In this document: positions 60,047 through 64,000 of the stretch, piece by piece
How the letters are laid out: every line of letters begins with the position of its first letter
How positions within the stretch are numbered: the stretch's first letter is position 1
DNA from: Alphaproteobacteria bacterium
Lineage (GTDB): Bacteria > Pseudomonadota > Alphaproteobacteria > Caulobacterales > Maricaulaceae
DNA length: 64,000 nucleotides
Direction: 5' to 3'
NCBI GenBank assembly: GCA_018222865.1
Contig: JAAEZM010000003.1
Span: 70,795-134,794, forward strand
Program-made: the position numbers and the translations under genes
The notes under the pieces: generated by a model
Databases searched by the model: none
Seen by the model: the letters and a program-made list of their open reading frames with translations, nothing else
Told to the model about the DNA's origin: nothing

Positions 60047-61219
60047 CTATACGGCGCGCAGGGCGGCGGCGTCGACCTCGAAGAACTGTGCCTCATCGCC
60101 AAAGGGCTCAAACAGGACGCGTTCAACGCCGGTCAGCCAGGCTTGCGCGCCGGTCGCCAGGATTTCATTCGCCAGACCTTCGCGGCGCTCGGCGTCCAGA
60201 TGGGCGCAGGCTTCATCGAAGAGCAGGAGCGGGGCGACACCATAGAGCTGTGCCAGAACGCGCGCCTGGGCGAGTGTCAGCGTCAGCAGGAGCGCTTTTT
60301 GCTCTCCGGTTGAGCAATCAGCAGCGGCCTGGTCCTTGTCGCGATGAAAGGCAATCAGCTCAGTCCGGTGCGGCCCGCGGGTGAGTGTGCGGCCAGCGGC
60401 CCCGTCACGTGCCCGTCCGGCCTCAAGCGCGGCCATGAAGCGATCCTCGACCTCGCTGATCGACAGCCCTTCGGACAGATCGCTTTCAACATCGCCGTCC
60501 AGGCCCAGATCAGCACGTGGAAATGCGTGTCCCGCATGCGCATCGATCTCGTTTTGCAGACGAATAAGCGCGTTCAGCCTTGCCGCTGCGATGGCGACGC
60601 CCTGCCCGGCCATTTCTGTCTCAATCGCGCGCAGCCAGGCCGTGTCTGCATTACCCTCATCGAGAAGGCGCTGGCGCCGGCTTCGCGTCTTTTCATAAGC
60701 GTTGAGGGCATCGGCCTGGGCCGGGTCCGAGGCGGTGACCAGGCGGTCGAAGAATTTCAATCGGTCGGCGCGCGGTCCCGCAAACAGCCGGTCCTGCGCC
60801 GGGGTGAGCCAGATCATTGGCATCAGGCGGGCCAGGACTGAGAGGGAGACGCTATCGCCATCCAGCCGGTTTTCACGCCGCCCACCCGTGCGCGCACCGA
60901 CGCCAAGCCGGTAGTGTTCGCCGCGGCTCTCCAGCTCTGCGAAGACGGCCCATTGCGGTGCGATCCCGTCAGAACTCTTGCGCGGCACGGCATCGGTTCC
61001 TGAAGAACGCAGTCCCTTGCCGGGCGCAAAGAAGGAGAGCGCTTCGAGAATATTTGTCTTGCCGGCACCATTTGCGCCGTAAAGCATGACGGGTCGACTA
61101 TCGCAGTCGAGGTCGAGTTGCGGATAGCAGCGATAATCAGTCAGCCGCAAACGACGAACCGCCGCAGGTGGGACCCGCGGCGGCGCATAGCTTGTCGATG
61201 TCGTGGTCGTCTCACTCAC
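60047..61219 (-). CDS. recF: DNA replication and repair protein RecF
   Basis: LYGANGAGKTNILEALS (Walker A) and LLLFDEACAHLD (Walker B). 4-nt overlap with the dnaN stop. Confidence 0.95.
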   Translation of the reverse strand: MSETTTTSTSYAPPRVPPAAVRRLRLTDYRCYPQLDLDCDSRPVMLYGANGAGKTNILEALSFFAPGKGLRSSGTDAVPRKSSDGIAPQWAVFAELESRGEHYRLGVGARTGGRRENRLDGDSVSLSVLARLMPMIWLTPAQDRLFAGPRADRLKFFDRLVTASDPAQADALNAYEKTRSRRQRLLDEGNADTAWLRAIETEMAGQGVAIAAARLNALIRLQNEIDAHAGHAFPRADLGLDGDVESDLSEGLSISEVEDRFMAALEAGRARDGAAGRTLTRGPHRTELIAFHRDKDQAAADCSTGEQKALLLTLTLAQARVLAQLYGVAPLLLFDEACAHLDAERREGLANEILATGAQAWLTGVERVLFEPFGDEAQFFEVDAAALRAV

Positions 61220-62334
61220 ACGCGCAGCGGCATCAGCACGTACAGCGCATCACCATCGCCACTGTCCGTGACCAGTGCCGGCGACGCACTGTCGGCGAAA
61301 TGGAATTGCGCTTCATCGCCTTCAATCTGTGAGGCCACATCGAGCATGTAGCGGGCGTTAAAGCCGATGGCGAAACCTTCATCGCTGTAGGAAACAGCGA
61401 GTTCTTCCTCGGCCTGCCCACTTTCCGGATTGTTCACGGCCAGGGTCAGCGTGTCTTCACCCAGGGTCAGCTTCACGGATCTGGATTTCTCGACAGAGAT
61501 GGTCGCGACCCGGTCAACCGCTTCAGCAAAACGCTTGTTCTCGACAGACATCTGGCGCGCATTTCCGCGCGGGATAACGCGCTCATAATCCGGGAAGGCC
61601 CCATCAATCAGCTTGGAGGTCAGTACGGCAGCACCAAGCTTGAAGCGGATCTTGCCCTCAGACACGGAGACTTCGATGTCTTCATCCGCATCTTCCAGAA
61701 GACGGCGAACTTCCTGCACTGTTTTGCGCGGGACAATCACGCCCGGCATGCCATCTGCGCCCTCCGGCAGGTCAATCTCAGCCAGGGCAAGACGCACCCC
61801 ATCGGTCGCCACGGCGCGCAGGGTCTTGCGACCATCCGTGTCTGCGGCGTGCAGATGAATACCGTTGAGATAATAGCGCGTCTCTTCGGTCGAGATGGCA
61901 AAGCGCGTCTTATCTATCAGACGCATCAGATCGGATGCTGAGACGGTGAATGTGTGCTCGAGCGCTTCCGACGGCATGATCGGGAAGTCGCCGGGTGGCA
62001 GAGAGGGCAGGGAGAAGTTGGAGCGGCCCGCCTTCAAGGTCAGGCGCGGATCGCTGCCATTCATCTCCAGGGTCACATCCGCCCCGTCAGGAAGCTTGCG
62101 TGCGATATCATAGAGTGTATGGGCCGGTGCCGTGACCAGACCTTCTCCATCGCTTGTCGCTTCAGTCGATTCCAGGATCTCAATATCCAGATCCGTCGCA
62201 GCAAAACTCACACCATCCGGGCCCGCGGTGATCAGCACATTGGACAGGATCGGGATGGTATTGCGTTTCTCCACGACGGCCTGCACGTGCCCGAGGGCTT
62301 TCAGGAGCGTTCCACGCTCGATCGTCAGCTTCAT
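61216..62334 (-). CDS. dnaN: DNA polymerase III subunit beta (sliding clamp)
   Basis: MKLTIERGTLLKALGHVQAVVEKRNTIPILSNVLI... Three-domain length. ATG 62334 is preferred. Confidence 0.96.
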   Translation of the reverse strand: MKLTIERGTLLKALGHVQAVVEKRNTIPILSNVLITAGPDGVSFAATDLDIEILESTEATSDGEGLVTAPAHTLYDIARKLPDGADVTLEMNGSDPRLTLKAGRSNFSLPSLPPGDFPIMPSEALEHTFTVSASDLMRLIDKTRFAISTEETRYYLNGIHLHAADTDGRKTLRAVATDGVRLALAEIDLPEGADGMPGVIVPRKTVQEVRRLLEDADEDIEVSVSEGKIRFKLGAAVLTSKLIDGAFPDYERVIPRGNARQMSVENKRFAEAVDRVATISVEKSRSVKLTLGEDTLTLAVNNPESGQAEEELAVSYSDEGFAIGFNARYMLDVASQIEGDEAQFHFADSASPALVTDSGDGDALYVLMPLRV

Positions 62335-62423
62335 GTCTCGCGTTCCGCTATCAGCGTCATCCAAGAAGATGCACGGTGGCAAATCACCGGCACCGAATAA
62401 GAGTGGGTGAAAGAGGATACATG

Positions 62424-62469
62424 AAAAAACGCAACCGCAAGAACTTTATCCAGCGGCTGCGGTTTTTTC
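62424..62469 (-). terminator. hairpin flanked by A- and T-tracts between dnaA and dnaN (possible partial terminator)
   Basis: AACCGCA (62433-62439) pairs with TGCGGTT (62458-62464), with AAAAAA on one side and TTTTTT on the other. The loop contains TTATCCAGC (7/9 to a DnaA box). Confidence 0.35.
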
Positions 62470-62475
62470 AGCGGA

Positions 62476-63936
62476 TTACCCGTTGCGCAAAGTGCGCGTG
62501 AGGGCATCAATATCCTGGGTAATCGGGTCGCCGGACTCGATCATGCTCGTGACCTTGTTGACCGCATGAATGACGGTCGAGTGATCGCGCCCGCCGAAAC
62601 GACGGCCAATATCCGGCAAGGATCGTGTGGTCAGCGTTTTGGACAGATACATGGCGATATGGCGCGGACGAACGACGGTTTGGGTGCGTCGCTTCGAGCA
62701 GATATCCGCAGCGGTCACACCAAAATGCGTGGCCACGGCCTTTTGAATCTCATCGACCGTCAGGCGTTTTTCCGAACTCATCTGCAAGTCGCGCAGCGCG
62801 TTCGAAACCGCCTCCATCGTGACCGGCAGGCCCAGAAGCGCGGTACGGCAGATGACATTATTGAGCACACCTTCCAGCTCACGGGCGCTGGAGGTGATGC
62901 GGGCTGCAAGGAAGTCGCGCACGGCTTCCGGCACATCGAGCACGGGATAGTGACACTTCGCCTGGGCGATCTTGCAGTCCAGAATCTGGCGGCGAAGATC
63001 GAGATCCGGCTTCCCGAGCGGGCAGGAAAGGCCGCCGGTCAGGAGCGAGCGAAGGCGGTTATCCGACATCAGCAATTCCGATGGTGGCCGGTGCGAGGCG
63101 AGCACGACCTGCTTATTCTCCGCAATCAGGGCCGCGATCGTGTGCAGGAACTCATCCTCGGTTTTCGGTTTGCCGGCGATGAAGTGAACATCATCGATCA
63201 GAAGATAATCGACATTGCGCACGGTTTCCTTGAACGCGATCGTGTCACGCTCCTTCATCGCGGTGACGAACCCGGAGAGGAATTCCTCTGCAGTCAGATA
63301 GAGCGCCTTGCGAGACGGATCATTGAGCTCAACAGCGGTCGCCACGGCATGCATGAGATGCGTCTTGCCGACCCCGTAATCCCCATAAAAGAAGACCGGG
63401 TTGAAGGGCGGTACAGACGAGCCAACCATAGTGCGTGCGGCTGCGGCGGCCACTTCATTGGCCGGACCCACGCGGAAAGTGTCGAAAGTGAAGCGCGGCT
63501 CACCCTCATCATCCGTATCGGAGGCAGACTTGCCTGCATCTTGCTCTGGCGCAGCCGGTTTCGGGCTGGACGCTGCGACTGCAGGTTGAGGCAGGTTCTG
63601 TCCTTCAGCGAGGACGAGAATCTCCCGGAAAACAGCATCGGTTTCAGCCCAAATTGCGCGAATTCGAGCGCCGGCATGGTCTTCAACCCAATCTCGGTCG
63701 AACGTGCTCGGTGCGATGATCGCAATCGCCCCGGTTTCGGTCAGGCGCACGCGCAGACGCGCGATTTCCTGAGCGTAAAGAGGTTCACCCAGCTCGCGCC
63801 TCAAACGCGCGCGAACCGTACGCCACACAGTCGAAATAGCCTCAGCATTCTGAGCATCAAATTCCTTCGATTTTGCTTCAGCTACAGCCAATTTGTTCAA
63901 AGCCATTATTAGATACACTTCTGGTGTTGCCTGCAT
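62476..63936 (-). CDS. dnaA: chromosomal replication initiator protein DnaA
   Basis: FFYGDYGVGKTHLMHA (Walker A), LLIDDVHFIAGK, and the domain IV motif RPRHIAMYLSKTLT..SLPDIGRRFGGRDHSTVIHA. Start is ATG 63936 or ATG 63906. Confidence 0.97.
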   Translation of the reverse strand: MQATPEVYLIMALNKLAVAEAKSKEFDAQNAEAISTVWRTVRARLRRELGEPLYAQEIARLRVRLTETGAIAIIAPSTFDRDWVEDHAGARIRAIWAETDAVFREILVLAEGQNLPQPAVAASSPKPAAPEQDAGKSASDTDDEGEPRFTFDTFRVGPANEVAAAAARTMVGSSVPPFNPVFFYGDYGVGKTHLMHAVATAVELNDPSRKALYLTAEEFLSGFVTAMKERDTIAFKETVRNVDYLLIDDVHFIAGKPKTEDEFLHTIAALIAENKQVVLASHRPPSELLMSDNRLRSLLTGGLSCPLGKPDLDLRRQILDCKIAQAKCHYPVLDVPEAVRDFLAARITSSARELEGVLNNVICRTALLGLPVTMEAVSNALRDLQMSSEKRLTVDEIQKAVATHFGVTAADICSKRRTQTVVRPRHIAMYLSKTLTTRSLPDIGRRFGGRDHSTVIHAVNKVTSMIESGDPITQDIDALTRTLRNG

Positions 63937-64000
63937 CGAGGCAGGTCGTAGGTGTTTGTTTTATATAGCTCTATTCCCCCCATCCGGTGCTAGCTAATGC

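Noticed and set aside
62335-62475. dnaA-dnaN intergenic region as the replication origin (as in Bacillus or actinobacteria)
   Set aside because: It is only 141 nt, has a single 7/9 DnaA-box-like sequence (TTATCCAGC, 62445-62453) and has no AT-rich unwinding tract. It looks like a terminator or attenuator hairpin instead.

Overview
GC-rich alphaproteobacterial chromosome segment covering the replication-origin and partition neighbourhood. Nearly all of it is conserved housekeeping sequence. On the minus strand: dnaA-dnaN-recF-(LysE exporter)-gyrB at 57-64 kb, small ORF-mnmE at 30-31.7 kb, mnmG-rsmG-parA-parB at 25.7-29.9 kb, rho, and hemJ-hemH-hemE. A 438-nt AT-rich gap follows hemE. Then comes the plus-strand block RP001/PpsR-like kinase, maf, aroE, coaE, dnaQ, with secB on the opposite strand; this is the gene order reported around the Caulobacter and Rickettsia origins. 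Other core genes are ftsK, lolA, xthA, leuS-lptE-holA, polA, hslV/hslU, ubiH-family, ybbN-like thioredoxin, Trm112, Tim44-like, mltA, smr and one tRNA-Gly(GCC). I found no rRNA, CRISPR array, transposase, integrase or phage genes. Non-core content: (i) a LysR/XRE-flanked, translationally coupled operon of unknown function at 0.4-4.2 kb; (ii) a beta-propeller protein and a soluble PAS-PAS chemoreceptor inserted between ftsK and lolA; (iii) a VOC protein and a short BLUF photoreceptor inserted on the opposite strand between hslV and hslU, next to a GGDEF-EAL sensor; (iv) a porin-like pair; (v) a DUF1214/DUF1254 pair with an orphan sulfotransferase-like gene. Sequence-level signals worth a second look: two perfect 16-bp parS palindromes and a third near-perfect one in the hslV leader; a DnaA-box/AT-rich origin candidate; a 30-nt strictly alternating pyrimidine-purine tract just upstream of gyrB; and two GC-rich multi-hairpin elements with C/U-rich loops (candidate sRNAs), one next to an unannotated 32-codon hydrophobic ORF. 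No clear novel multi-gene system (for example, a defence system) is visible. The most novel candidates are the putative sRNA elements and the unknown-function LysR-linked operon.
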